64,000 nucleotides of DNA from a virus. Location: the IMG/VR virus record IMGVR_UViG_3300048080_000333, one strand, 5' to 3'. The notes beneath the pieces are model-generated. The model saw only the letters and a program-made list of their open reading frames with translations. It was not told the DNA's origin and searched no databases. Positions 54,504 to 63,215 of this stretch are shown piece after piece; the stretch's first letter is position 1; each line of letters begins with the position of its first letter. Made by a program: the position numbers and the translations under genes.

Positions 54504-54739
54504 GTGTTTTGGAGGTTGCCACACACCCGGACTCTTCAGGGCTGTTGCCCATTGAGTTAAAGGAGGCTGTTCCATGTGCTTGTGGGCATAGGATGATTCG
54601 GCCAGGAACCCGTAGCCATTGGTATTGGCAACTTCACGGCGAAGTGGTTTGCACGTTGGAGTTACCCGATCTTGTGTGCTGGTGTGGTCTTCGCCGATCC
54701 GAACACATCACAGGACACCAGGAAGGGCGGAAGGTATGA
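54500..54739 (+). CDS. Zinc-ribbon protein
   Basis: 'CACGH' ... 'CWCG'. Confidence 0.55.
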   Translation: MSVLEVATHPDSSGLLPIELKEAVPCACGHRMIRPGTRSHWYWQLHGEVVCTLELPDLVCWCGLRRSEHITGHQEGRKV

Positions 54740-56502
54740 AAAGACTACATATCGCCAAGGACTTCAGCCTGCCCCGAGAGTCGTTGCTGCACGTCTGGAG
54801 CGTCCTGGCAGTGCGCGGTGCCGGCAAGACTTATATGGGCTCGGTCCTGGTCGAGGAGATTCTCGACGCCAAAATGATGCCAGTGATCGTCATTGACCCG
54901 ATGGATGCGTGGTGGGGATTGAAGGCGTCGGCGGACGGCAAGAGTCCCGGCTACCCTATCATTGTCATGGGGGGGACGCACGCCGACGTGCCGCTTGAAC
55001 CAACCGGCGGGGCGCTGGTCGCTGACTTCTTCATCGAGCACCGGCAGAGCCTGATCCTTGTGCCGGCCCATGGAGACCATCGCTGGCCCAAGGCACAGCA
55101 AGTGCGCTTTGTGCGGGACTTTGGTGCTCGTTTGTACGAGCGCAACGCCGGCCAACTTGTCTTCCTGGCCGTGGACGAGGCCGACATCTTCGCCAATCAG
55201 CGACCGGGCAAAGACGAACTCGAATGTCTAGGCGTCATGGAAGATATCGTGAAGCGTGGTCGCAAGCCGGGTATCTTCCCGCTCCTCATCACACAGCGGT
55301 CGAGCAATCTCAACAAGAACGTGTTGGATGAGACCGAAATGCTTGTGGCCATGCGGACCATGAGCCCGCGGGACCAGGAGGCACTGAAAAGTTGGTTTCA
55401 GCACCTGCCCAAGGCGCAGCAGGAGCGGAAAGAAACGTTGCTTAAAACGTGGGCGAAACTCCCAAACGGCACGGCATGGTTCTGGTGTCCACCAATGGAT
55501 CTGTTTCAGCAGGTGAAGATTCGCGAGCGCCGCACGTTCAATTCGTCGGCGACCCCGAAGTTCGGTGAGAAGCCGAAGGAACCGAAGGTGCTGGCGCCGG
55601 TGGACCTTGAGGTTCTCAAGCAGCGGATGGCCGCGACCATCGAGCGTGCGAAGCAGACCGATCCCAAGGAACTGCAGCGCGAGGTGGTCCGACTCCGTGC
55701 CGAACTCGCCCGCAAACCGATCCCGTCTGCGGTGCCCGTAAAGGAGAAGCGCATCGAGATCCCCGTCCTCGGGCCGAGGGAGGCCAAGCGCATCGAGCGG
55801 GCCGCCGCGGCCATCACGAATGCTCTCCCAATCCTGAAAGAGGCTGGGGAGAAACTTCGGGCCGGAATGGTCGAGAAAAAAGCGGGACCTATTGAAAACC
55901 CTGTAGGCCCACATATCGGTATGCACGGCTATCCCGTTCTGCCCCGGGAATCCGCACCCCTCAAATCACGACACGAATCGCGACATGCTGTCGGGATTCC
56001 TGGAGACGTGAGGCTCGGAAAGGCGGAACGCCTTATCCTTACTGTCCTTTCGCAGTATCCGCAGGGACGGACCGTGACGCAGGTGGCCCTGCTGACAGGG
56101 TATGCCGTAGACGGAGGGGCATTCAGGAACCCGCTGGGCAAACTCCGCAGCGCCTTCTTCGTCGAGGGGGGCCGAGGCGACGTGCTCCGCATCACCGACA
56201 CCGGACGGACGGTCATGGTGGGACATTGGTCACCGCTCCCGGTTCCTGGACAGGACCTGTTGGACTACTGGATGCGGCGCCTGGGCCACGCAGAGCGAGA
56301 AATTGTCCGAGTCCTTGCTGAGGCGTATCCGAAGAGCCTCACGGCCTTCGAGGTCGCGGAGCATACACGGAGTTCGAAGGGCGAACCCTACGATGCCGAT
56401 GGAGGGGCATTCCGCAACCCTCTCGGACGGCTGAGGACGCTCGAATTGGTCGTCGGCCGCGGAAGCCTGAGAATCAGCGACACCCTGATGGAGACAACAT
56501 GA
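54736..56502 (+). CDS. HerA/FtsK-superfamily ATPase (DUF87/DUF853-like) with two C-terminal winged-helix repeats
   Basis: Walker A 'AVRGAGKT', 'VIDP...WWGL', Walker B 'LAVDEA', 'GRK.G....ITQR'; duplicated 'DGGAFRNPLG(K/R)LR'. Confidence 0.88.
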   Translation: MKRLHIAKDFSLPRESLLHVWSVLAVRGAGKTYMGSVLVEEILDAKMMPVIVIDPMDAWWGLKASADGKSPGYPIIVMGGTHADVPLEPTGGALVADFFIEHRQSLILVPAHGDHRWPKAQQVRFVRDFGARLYERNAGQLVFLAVDEADIFANQRPGKDELECLGVMEDIVKRGRKPGIFPLLITQRSSNLNKNVLDETEMLVAMRTMSPRDQEALKSWFQHLPKAQQERKETLLKTWAKLPNGTAWFWCPPMDLFQQVKIRERRTFNSSATPKFGEKPKEPKVLAPVDLEVLKQRMAATIERAKQTDPKELQREVVRLRAELARKPIPSAVPVKEKRIEIPVLGPREAKRIERAAAAITNALPILKEAGEKLRAGMVEKKAGPIENPVGPHIGMHGYPVLPRESAPLKSRHESRHAVGIPGDVRLGKAERLILTVLSQYPQGRTVTQVALLTGYAVDGGAFRNPLGKLRSAFFVEGGRGDVLRITDTGRTVMVGHWSPLPVPGQDLLDYWMRRLGHAEREIVRVLAEAYPKSLTAFEVAEHTRSSKGEPYDADGGAFRNPLGRLRTLELVVGRGSLRISDTLMETT

Positions 56503-56786
56503 GAACACATGAGCATCGGTGGTGGATTTTTTGGGATTGGGTACTGTGGGGTCCCCTCGGCCCCTGTTGGCTGTGGTATATCTGGGACGATTCCCGCGCC
56601 GATTCGGGGTACGGCCCCTATTTCGTTTCCTCCGATGGCCCCGCAGGGTGGCCAGCAAGGCTAGGAAACTGGGCGGCCCGACTCAACTGTCGGAGATGTG
56701 GCCATCCTGCAGGTGTCTGGTATCACAACGCATACGCATCCGAACCAGATATGCACTGTAAAGGATGTGGAGAGGACCTCGGGTGA
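56499..56786 (+). CDS. Trp-rich zinc-finger protein
   Basis: 'CRRCGH...CKGCG'. Confidence 0.55.
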   Translation: MRTHEHRWWIFWDWVLWGPLGPCWLWYIWDDSRADSGYGPYFVSSDGPAGWPARLGNWAARLNCRRCGHPAGVWYHNAYASEPDMHCKGCGEDLG

Positions 56787-57157
56787 CAGGTACGGTCCTG
56801 CTGGACGAGTGTGTTCAAGATGCGCGGCCGGCCTTTGAAGCAGCAGGGTGGCGTATCCTCGCTGTAGACCAAGCGTCTGTTGACGACGACATCGCGTTCT
56901 ATTCGAGGCGTTACGGATGCGTCGTCGTCACACGAGACAAGCACTTGAAAAAGATGTGGAAGGATACGCCGTTTCGGCTCGTCTTCCTCCCTGGTCCGAC
57001 ACTAAAGCGCAGAAAGATGAATGTCAAGCGGAGACGGCAGGCGTTCCTGGCCCAAGCCGCTGCTCGTGTTCTTCTGCGCTCCGATGCTTCGATGGTCAGG
57101 ATTGGACGCGAACTGTTATTCCTGATTCCAAACGGCCAACCCCCGATACCACTATGA
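56783..57157 (+). CDS. PIN-like domain protein (Mut7-C/DUF5615 type)
   Basis: 'VLLDECV', 'VDDDI', 'VVVTRDKH'. Confidence 0.75.
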   Translation: MTGTVLLDECVQDARPAFEAAGWRILAVDQASVDDDIAFYSRRYGCVVVTRDKHLKKMWKDTPFRLVFLPGPTLKRRKMNVKRRRQAFLAQAAARVLLRSDASMVRIGRELLFLIPNGQPPIPL

Positions 57158-57399
57158 GCCAAGTTGTGGTGCTCAGTCGGCTATCGTCCGGTCTGGCCGT
57201 GATTAGTTACGACGGCGATGTAACTGTGTGGTCAAAGGGTCGGATACGACGACGGCCCAATGCTCCGGAGGTTATCTGTCCAATGACCAAGCGGAGCCTG
57301 AATCCTGGCGCAGAGGCGTACCGTCCCGTTCATAGCGGCAAGGTGTATCGGATGGTGCGTTTGTCACCTACGTTCGTTGAGCGTGTACGGATTGGATAG
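57154..57399 (+). CDS. Hypothetical protein
   Basis: ATGA overlap; 81 aa. Confidence 0.55.
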   Translation: MSQVVVLSRLSSGLAVISYDGDVTVWSKGRIRRRPNAPEVICPMTKRSLNPGAEAYRPVHSGKVYRMVRLSPTFVERVRIG

Positions 57400-57423
57400 A
57401 AACCCTGTACTAGAGGAGGATGT

Positions 57424-57624
57424 ATGATTCCGGTTCTTAACGTGACGGTGACACGCACATCGGACGGCAAGGGTGATTACATCCAAATCATGTCCCTCGA
57501 TCAATTCAGCGTCAACGTGGTGCTAATTGCTGATCGGATCGACGTCCAGGACCACCGAATGCCACCAAAGATTGTAGAACCGCGTCCACGTACAACCGGG
57601 CGAGCAGGAAATCGTCGGTCGTGA
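57424..57624 (+). CDS. Hypothetical protein
   Basis: RBS GAGGAGG; 66 aa. Confidence 0.65.
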   Translation: MIPVLNVTVTRTSDGKGDYIQIMSLDQFSVNVVLIADRIDVQDHRMPPKIVEPRPRTTGRAGNRRS

Positions 57625-57851
57625 CAACGCTACTTGAGATCCTCCTCTGGTTCGCCATTATCGTTGGCCTTCCCTGCGCCGTCGCGGCAGCGTTCGTGTG
57701 GTACGCTGGTTGGTGCTGTACTCTAAAACCCTGGATACGATTCGGACAGGCGAATCGTGCATGGGAGGCCGAATGGGAGCAACTTCAGAAGCGGTTAGAT
57801 CAGAAACAGTTCGACCAGACTGCATCATCGAGGGTGAAGAGACATGCTTGA
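57621..57851 (+). CDS. Small single-TM membrane protein
   Basis: N-terminal hydrophobic helix. Confidence 0.55.
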   Translation: MTTLLEILLWFAIIVGLPCAVAAAFVWYAGWCCTLKPWIRFGQANRAWEAEWEQLQKRLDQKQFDQTASSRVKRHA

Positions 57852-58575
57852 AAACCCCATTTTCAACGTACCCGTTCTTGATCTAGGTCGTCTACGCTGC
57901 GTCCAGTTTTCCGGCGGCGACCTCCTTGTCGTGAACGCTGCCCGCACATCATTTGGAGTCGAGAAAACCGAACTGGATGAAAAGGACAAGGGGCTCATTA
58001 ACTTTCTTCTCCGTAACCGGCACACAACCCCCTTTGAGCACTCAACGTTCACCTTCTATGTCAAGGCCCCGATCTTCGTGGCTCGCGAATGGTTTCGCCA
58101 CCGCTGGAGTGCGTTCTCGTGGGAGCCCACCGAGGATCTGATCGAATCCTTCAATGAGTATTCGATGCGCTACTCGAAAGCCCTGGAAGACTACTACATT
58201 CCTGACAAAAAGGACGTGCGCTCACAAGTAGGGAAACCTGGGGCTTACAGGTTTGAATTGCTGTCATTAGATATAACGGCGGCTGCTCGCATGGAAATAA
58301 GATCCGCCTACGATGACGCGATTGGACGTTACCAAACCCTTCTCAAAATGGGGGTTGCCAAGGAACTGGCGCGAAGCGTTCTTCCCGTTGGCCTCTACAC
58401 GATTTTCTACTGGACCGCCAATGCGCGGGCACTCATGCACTTTCTCTCTCTCAGAAACCACGATACAGCACTGCTCGAAATACGAGAGTACGCTGTGGCC
58501 ATCGAAAAAATGTTCGAACTGCTCATGCCTGTGACGTACGCGGCGTTTGTGGACCTTGGGAGATTGGTGGCATAG
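57844..58575 (+). CDS. thyX: FAD-dependent thymidylate synthase
   Basis: 'VNAARTSF', 'H.TPFEH', 'APIFVAREWFRHR', 'NEYSMRY', 'ELARSVLP', 'NAR.LMHF..LR'. Confidence 0.96.
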   Translation: MLENPIFNVPVLDLGRLRCVQFSGGDLLVVNAARTSFGVEKTELDEKDKGLINFLLRNRHTTPFEHSTFTFYVKAPIFVAREWFRHRWSAFSWEPTEDLIESFNEYSMRYSKALEDYYIPDKKDVRSQVGKPGAYRFELLSLDITAAARMEIRSAYDDAIGRYQTLLKMGVAKELARSVLPVGLYTIFYWTANARALMHFLSLRNHDTALLEIREYAVAIEKMFELLMPVTYAAFVDLGRLVA

Positions 58576-58985
58576 TGGCAAACATCTATCTGATTGGGTC
58601 GTTACGGAATCCCGAGGTTCCCATCATCGCCTCTGCCCTACGGGATAGGGGGCATGAAGTATTCGACGACTGGTATGCGGCAGGTCCTGAAGCCGATGAC
58701 CGCTGGAGAGACTACGAAAAGGCAAGAGGAAGGACGTATATAGAAGCCCTCGATGGGTTGGCTGCAGAGCATGTTTTTCGCTTTGACTGGAAGCACCTGA
58801 ATTGGGCAGAGATCGGTGTTCTGCTCCTCCCGGCCGGTCGGTCAGGACATCTCGAACTAGGGTATATGTTTGGACAAGGAAAGCCTGGGTATATCTTGCT
58901 TGACAATCCGGAACGGTGGGACGTCATGTACAAGTTTGCAACGAAGGTTGTTCTACAGTTGCCAGACCTGTTGGCTGTGCTGTGA
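58575..58985 (+). CDS. Nucleoside 2-deoxyribosyltransferase-like protein (copy 3)
   Basis: 'IYLIGS', 'G.EVF..W', 'FD..HL..A...VLLLP.GRSGHLELGY..G.GKP'. Confidence 0.75.
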   Translation: MANIYLIGSLRNPEVPIIASALRDRGHEVFDDWYAAGPEADDRWRDYEKARGRTYIEALDGLAAEHVFRFDWKHLNWAEIGVLLLPAGRSGHLELGYMFGQGKPGYILLDNPERWDVMYKFATKVVLQLPDLLAVL

Positions 58986-59185
58986 GGACGGCCCTCACAC
59001 AAAAGCAGGCTGAAGAAATCGAGGATGAGATGCGCCGGTTAGAAGCCGATTCCGCTGTCTCAAAACACACACTGCGGCTATTCATGCAGTTACCGATGCC
59101 GTGCGGACACGCGACAGGAAATCTTCTCACATGTCCAGATCCACCCTACGGTTGTGTGATTTGCGGTCCACCCGAGGAGGACTAA
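58982..59185 (+). CDS. Small Cys-containing protein
   Basis: 'PCGH...C....CVIC'; GTGA overlap. Confidence 0.55.
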   Translation: MRTALTQKQAEEIEDEMRRLEADSAVSKHTLRLFMQLPMPCGHATGNLLTCPDPPYGCVICGPPEED

Positions 59186-59186
59186 G

Positions 59187-59339
59187 ATGCCCGAGCGTAT
59201 CGTCAGGGTTTGGTACAAAGACGGATCATTCATTGACGTGCTCGAATCGCGAGAGTGGGAGTACGAGAACGATCCAGACTTCGAGCGCGCTGAGATTCGC
59301 TGGCCCCTCAACGAGGGCCTAGAAGACAGCGTAAAGTAG
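59187..59339 (+). CDS. Small acidic protein, 50 aa
   Basis: RBS GAGGAGG; MPERIVRVWYKDGSFIDV...LEDSVK. Confidence 0.55.
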   Translation: MPERIVRVWYKDGSFIDVLESREWEYENDPDFERAEIRWPLNEGLEDSVK

Positions 59340-59356
59340 CCAAAAAATTCGGGGGC

Positions 59357-60091
59357 ATGTTGGATTTGATGCGGTCTACCAAACGCACAAAGCGTCCCGA
59401 AACCGCCGTCGCCGCCTGCATGATCGCGTGGCTGCACGAATGGAAGTGGGACGTGTGGCAGGAGGTGACGTTTCGGGGGGGATCCGAACGCGCCGACATC
59501 GTGGCGGTGCGCCACGGCCTTCTGATGGTCGTGGAGGCGAAGTCGTCCCTCACGTTCGACGTGATCGCCCAGGCGAAGGACTGGCCAGCGCACTACAGAG
59601 CCGTGGTCGTGCCCTACGCGCGCATGAGCCGGGGACGTGGCCTCGCGTTCTTCCTCTGTCGGGACCTCGGGATAGGAGTGTACGAGGCCCACTGGTCCGA
59701 AAAAATGGTCCAGGAGAAGGTACCTCCTCGTCTCGTTCGGTGGCCGCGCCGATACCAGGTGGAAGTCAAACGCATGCTCGCAGAGTTGGGCAGTTTCCCC
59801 CGAGACTTCGCGCCGGCTGGTACAGCAACGGGCAAGGGCTGGTCACCCTATACGCCGTACCAGCACACGATGCGACAGATTCGCGCGTTCCTCACCGAGA
59901 AGCCCGGGTCAGATATCAAAACCATTCTGGCGTATGTCACGCACCACTACGCGAGTCCGGCCAGTGCCCGTGGTGCCATTCCGAAGTGGCTCCAGTCAGT
60001 GGAGAAGGACTGGTGTAGAACAGAATGGGATGGAAAACGGTTGAGGTTCTATGTTCGAGATGACGCGAAGCCCTTGCCAACGACACGCTAG
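59357..60091 (+). CDS. PD-(D/E)xK nuclease-like protein (MmcB-like)
   Basis: 'WDVWQEV', 'RADIVA', 'VVEAKSS', 'QA'. Confidence 0.75.
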   Translation: MLDLMRSTKRTKRPETAVAACMIAWLHEWKWDVWQEVTFRGGSERADIVAVRHGLLMVVEAKSSLTFDVIAQAKDWPAHYRAVVVPYARMSRGRGLAFFLCRDLGIGVYEAHWSEKMVQEKVPPRLVRWPRRYQVEVKRMLAELGSFPRDFAPAGTATGKGWSPYTPYQHTMRQIRAFLTEKPGSDIKTILAYVTHHYASPASARGAIPKWLQSVEKDWCRTEWDGKRLRFYVRDDAKPLPTTR

Positions 60092-60102
60092 CGCGGTATA
60101 CT
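60074..60102 (+). promoter_or_regulatory. sigma70-type promoter TTGCCA-17-TATACT
   Basis: ttgcca acgacacgctagcgcgg tatact; RBS AGGAGG follows. Confidence 0.65.
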
Positions 60103-60130
60103 CATAACCACCCAGCAGGAGGGAAGCATC

Positions 60131-60313
60131 GTGCTACCTGAGTCATGGGAAGTTCTGATTGCAGCGTTCATACTCTCCATGCCGCTTGCACCGGGACTGA
60201 TGATCGCATTCAGGATGTCCCCCGTTGAAGCCTATCAGGCGGCGCTTGTGCTAAGTGGGGTCGTGTGCGCTCTCGTGCAGCACGTTAGCACACCACGAGA
60301 GCAGAGGGAATAG
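60131..60313 (+). CDS. Small membrane protein (2 TM)
   Basis: Hydrophobic, 60 aa. Confidence 0.6.
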   Translation: MLPESWEVLIAAFILSMPLAPGLMIAFRMSPVEAYQAALVLSGVVCALVQHVSTPREQRE

Positions 60314-60314
60314 C

Positions 60315-60848
60315 ATGAGCACCTGGCTGACCGGGGATCTACATTTCTACCATGAGAACATCATCCACTACTGTCGCCGACCTTTCTCGGATGTGCGGGA
60401 GATGAACGGAGTCATCGCATCCCATTGGGCGCGCCTCGTGGCCAAGGATGACACCATCTACGTCCTCGGTGACTTTGCCTTCACAAAGGATCGCGAATAC
60501 GAGGTGGCAGAACTATTCAACAGCCTCCCTGGTCGGAAGATCCTGCTGAAGGGTAACCACGATAAGACGTTCGTGCTCGAACTCAAATGGGAGGCCGTCG
60601 TCTGGAATCCACTCTTTCTAGAGGGTGCTTGGCTCTGCCATGACGGAGAGGACATGGGGAGAACCGTTCGGGACCCGGCCGTCGAGCCTGTCTTTCAGTC
60701 CCATGTCCATGACGTCTGGAAGATGCGGGGGCATCGGTTGAACATGGGAGTAGATGTGTGGCATTTCCGACCCGTTTCGCTGCTGGACGCGCTGGACTAC
60801 TGGACGCATCGGTGGGACTACTACGTAGCCCACGGAAAGGACGCCTAA
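60315..60848 (+). CDS. Calcineurin-like metallophosphoesterase (short phage type)
   Basis: 'GDLHFYHENII.YC.RPF', 'LGDF', 'KGNHD', 'CH', 'SHVH', 'NMGVDVW.F.PVSL'. Confidence 0.92.
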   Translation: MSTWLTGDLHFYHENIIHYCRRPFSDVREMNGVIASHWARLVAKDDTIYVLGDFAFTKDREYEVAELFNSLPGRKILLKGNHDKTFVLELKWEAVVWNPLFLEGAWLCHDGEDMGRTVRDPAVEPVFQSHVHDVWKMRGHRLNMGVDVWHFRPVSLLDALDYWTHRWDYYVAHGKDA

Positions 60849-61297
60849 TGCGGATTCTTGTCTGTGGTAGTCGAGAGTGGACGGACCCCGAGCCGATTCG
60901 CCGAGAACTACGGGCTATCCCGGAGGAATTCGGAGTCACTACGACACAGGACGGCTATGAGAAGCACCTCGTCGGTCCTGTGATCGTGCACGGTGACTGC
61001 CGAGGCGCCGACCGGCTGGCCGGGGCAATCGCTGCGGTTATGGGTTTGCCGGTGCGGGTTGTGCCGGCCGACTGGAACAGGTATGGTCCGAAGGCAGGGC
61101 CACTGCGGAACGAACGCATGCTTAAGGAATTCGGCCCCATCGACCTTGTGCTCGCGTTCCACGAGGATCTGCCAAGGAGCAAGGGTACGAAGGACATGAT
61201 CGCCCGAGCCGTCCGGGCTGGCGTCCCGGTCAAAATTATCTCTACACCTCGTAGGGATGGTCCGGGGGCGCGGCTAACACGGACGCTTCAGCCCTAG
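60848..61297 (+). CDS. SLOG-superfamily protein (YspA/DUF2493-like)
   Basis: 'ILVCGSR', 'IVHG...GAD.LA', 'PADW..YG..AG..RN..ML', 'GTKDMI'. Confidence 0.9.
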   Translation: MRILVCGSREWTDPEPIRRELRAIPEEFGVTTTQDGYEKHLVGPVIVHGDCRGADRLAGAIAAVMGLPVRVVPADWNRYGPKAGPLRNERMLKEFGPIDLVLAFHEDLPRSKGTKDMIARAVRAGVPVKIISTPRRDGPGARLTRTLQP

Positions 61298-61442
61298 CGG
61301 GGGTATCTCCCTCGCGTCCAGGTGCGGACGGTGCATAGATAGCGCACCAGAGGCACCACGACTCGACTACGTGAGGCCGGAGTGCGGGGTGCTTACGGTA
61401 CTCCTCGCCTTCTGTGTCTCCGCCGCAGTGGTCACAGATCAT
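61242..61442 (-). CDS. Small zinc-finger protein
   Basis: ATGA overlap with the upstream minus-strand gene; 'CDHCG...CLWC'. Confidence 0.5.
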   Translation of the reverse strand: MICDHCGGDTEGEEYRKHPALRPHVVESWCLWCAIYAPSAPGREGDTPARAEASVLAAPPDHPYEV

Positions 61443-62071
61443 TGTGTCTTCCCTCCCTCCGTCGCGCGCCGCTTGTAATGCAGAAATACATGCTCCATCT
61501 TTTGTCGTCCCGACATATACCTGCCGGGTTCGATGTCCAGGATATGGAAGCCCTTGAGTAGCCTGGTCCATAACAAAGTCTGGATGACGTGCTCCCTACC
61601 CGCGAGGTAGTTCACGGCCAGCACGCCCTCTTGGGCCAGGAAGGGACGGATCGCGACCACCGTTTTTATGAGTTTCGCGCTCCGGTTGTTGCAACTGTCA
61701 ATATGGATCACATCGGGAGGCCGATGGCCTGCGTCAGCCCAAATACGCAATCCTTCTTCGAGTTCACATCCCTTCACGTTATCCGTAGGCAGGTGTTCGT
61801 GGAGGTGACGCTGAAAGTTCGACCTGTCGGCCGGGACCGTCCAGGCGTGCGTAAGTGCAAATATGTTGGGTGATTTAAGGCCCTGCGACTGGAGGAACCG
61901 CACTTCCAGCCCATGTTTGGTCTCCATAGCAACCCACGTTAGCCGAGCACGAGGCACTTTCCTCAGACATTTGGTGGCGAACGCGAACAGTTTTCTAAGA
62001 TATTCGCGTCGGTCAGCGTGCTGATACCGAGTGTCCTCGTTGTTTCTCTTGCCTGAGTTACCGCTGCCCAA
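61439..62071 (-). CDS. Methyltransferase-fold-like protein
   Basis: RBS GGGGGAGG, TTG start; 'DVIHIDSC' and 'L...GVLAVNY' resemble class I MTase strands 4-5, but no clear motif I. Confidence 0.45.
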   Translation of the reverse strand: MGSGNSGKRNNEDTRYQHADRREYLRKLFAFATKCLRKVPRARLTWVAMETKHGLEVRFLQSQGLKSPNIFALTHAWTVPADRSNFQRHLHEHLPTDNVKGCELEEGLRIWADAGHRPPDVIHIDSCNNRSAKLIKTVVAIRPFLAQEGVLAVNYLAGREHVIQTLLWTRLLKGFHILDIEPGRYMSGRQKMEHVFLHYKRRATEGGKTQ

Positions 62072-63008
62072 CGTGAACCTCCCCCGACGAATTTAACCGA
62101 GCCAGAATCGTGTTCCGAATTGCGGTCGACTCCTCGCCACGCAACACCGCCTTTACATACGGCAACCACATAGAATGGTTCGTGACGGGGCTCCAATCCG
62201 TCGTCTTTATGCGGCGCAAGTCCTCATCGGTAGGATAGGTCTTGTCGCCGTCGGCCTGTCTCCTGCCGAACTCGGCGGCGAGTACTACCCAGATGAACCA
62301 TGGCCGTAGAATTCTACCAAGGTAGAAGGCGCCGGGGATGACGCGGAGTAGAAGCCTACGTGCCGCCGCCGCTTTGGTCTTGGCAGCGCGGTTCGCTAGC
62401 GTCAGGGCGGTGAACTTGGACACCTTGTAGTCTCGTTGTTCCATAGCCGCCAAACATACGGCCAAGCGGCCATACGGAACCGCTCCCTTTCGAATAGGAT
62501 TGGCCCGGTGTGACAGAATTGACGTGCCATTTGGACGGTACGGTTTGCGATCCTTCACCGAAAATATAAGGTCTCTTGCTGGGCCAGGGGCTTCGAGCAA
62601 CTCGCCAGGCTTAAGCGGGGCGTCGGAATTGTGGACCACAAAGAGACGATAGCACAGATCCTGGACTTGTGCCTTAGACGGCCGTCTGGCTGCTGCCTTT
62701 AAAACACGACATTTTATTTCTGCCTCCCCGTTCCGGTCGAAGGCACTAAGCCTCTGCCTTCCGTTGAAGTCCCAGTAAACCCCACGGACAAGTAGCACAT
62801 CCGAAGGGGGCGTGTACGGCTTCCTGCCGTTCCGACGCTTCAGTTTCTCGGAAAGGTACTCGGACCACGCCGCACGTACACCGCGCTGGCAGTCCGGGAT
62901 GCGGATGTCCTCTTTTGGAACCATCCGGATACCAAGGTCCGTGACTTCGTCCTCGTAGATAGTCGTCGTCAGTTTGGCTTTCTCACGCACGGAAAGTCCT
63001 CCGGACAT
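62058..63008 (-). CDS. ParB/Srx-like (DGQHR-related) protein
   Basis: True start probably ATG 63008 (RBS GAGGGGGG); 'IRIPDCQRGV' and 'DFNGRQRL' resemble 'YQR' and 'DGQHR'. Confidence 0.6.
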   Translation of the reverse strand: MSGGLSVREKAKLTTTIYEDEVTDLGIRMVPKEDIRIPDCQRGVRAAWSEYLSEKLKRRNGRKPYTPPSDVLLVRGVYWDFNGRQRLSAFDRNGEAEIKCRVLKAAARRPSKAQVQDLCYRLFVVHNSDAPLKPGELLEAPGPARDLIFSVKDRKPYRPNGTSILSHRANPIRKGAVPYGRLAVCLAAMEQRDYKVSKFTALTLANRAAKTKAAAARRLLLRVIPGAFYLGRILRPWFIWVVLAAEFGRRQADGDKTYPTDEDLRRIKTTDWSPVTNHSMWLPYVKAVLRGEESTAIRNTILARLNSSGEVHVGQR

Positions 63009-63010
63009 TT

Positions 63011-63163
63011 CTATTCCCCCCTCTTGTTTCTTCGTAATTGCCGAGCGCGTTCGGCCAGTCGTGTTATCCACGCCTTTCGGGCCGCCGCCCGTCGCTTCAA
63101 TGCCAGGACAGCCTTCCGTGCCCGTCGTGTTCTCCATGCTTTTTTCGCTGCGTCTGCATTCAT
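63011..63163 (-). CDS. Small basic protein with KAW-x-T-R repeats, 50 aa (not in the ORF track)
   Basis: RBS AGGAGG 9 nt upstream; MNADAAKKAWRTRRARKAVLALKRRAAARKAWITRLAERARQLRRNKRGE; stops 2 nt before ATG 63008. Confidence 0.75.
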   Translation of the reverse strand: MNADAAKKAWRTRRARKAVLALKRRAAARKAWITRLAERARQLRRNKRGE

Positions 63164-63184
63164 CGTCCTGAGCCTCCTATGTTG

Positions 63185-63212
63185 AGTTTAGCGATTTTTT
63201 GTCCCCTGTCAA
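63185..63212 (-). promoter_or_regulatory. sigma70-type promoter TTGACA-16-TAAACT (minus strand)
   Basis: tgtcaa at 63207-63212 and agttta at 63185-63190; upstream of the RBS at 63173-63178. Confidence 0.55.
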
Positions 63213-63215
63213 TCC

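Noticed and set aside
58889-58920. TTGACA inside the third NDT-like gene
   Set aside because: No acceptable -10 hexamer at 16-18 nt.
63009-63137. ORF-track N-terminal extension of the ParB-like gene (start 63137)
   Set aside because: A better-supported 50-aa ORF with its own RBS occupies this interval in another frame, and ATG 63008 has its own RBS.
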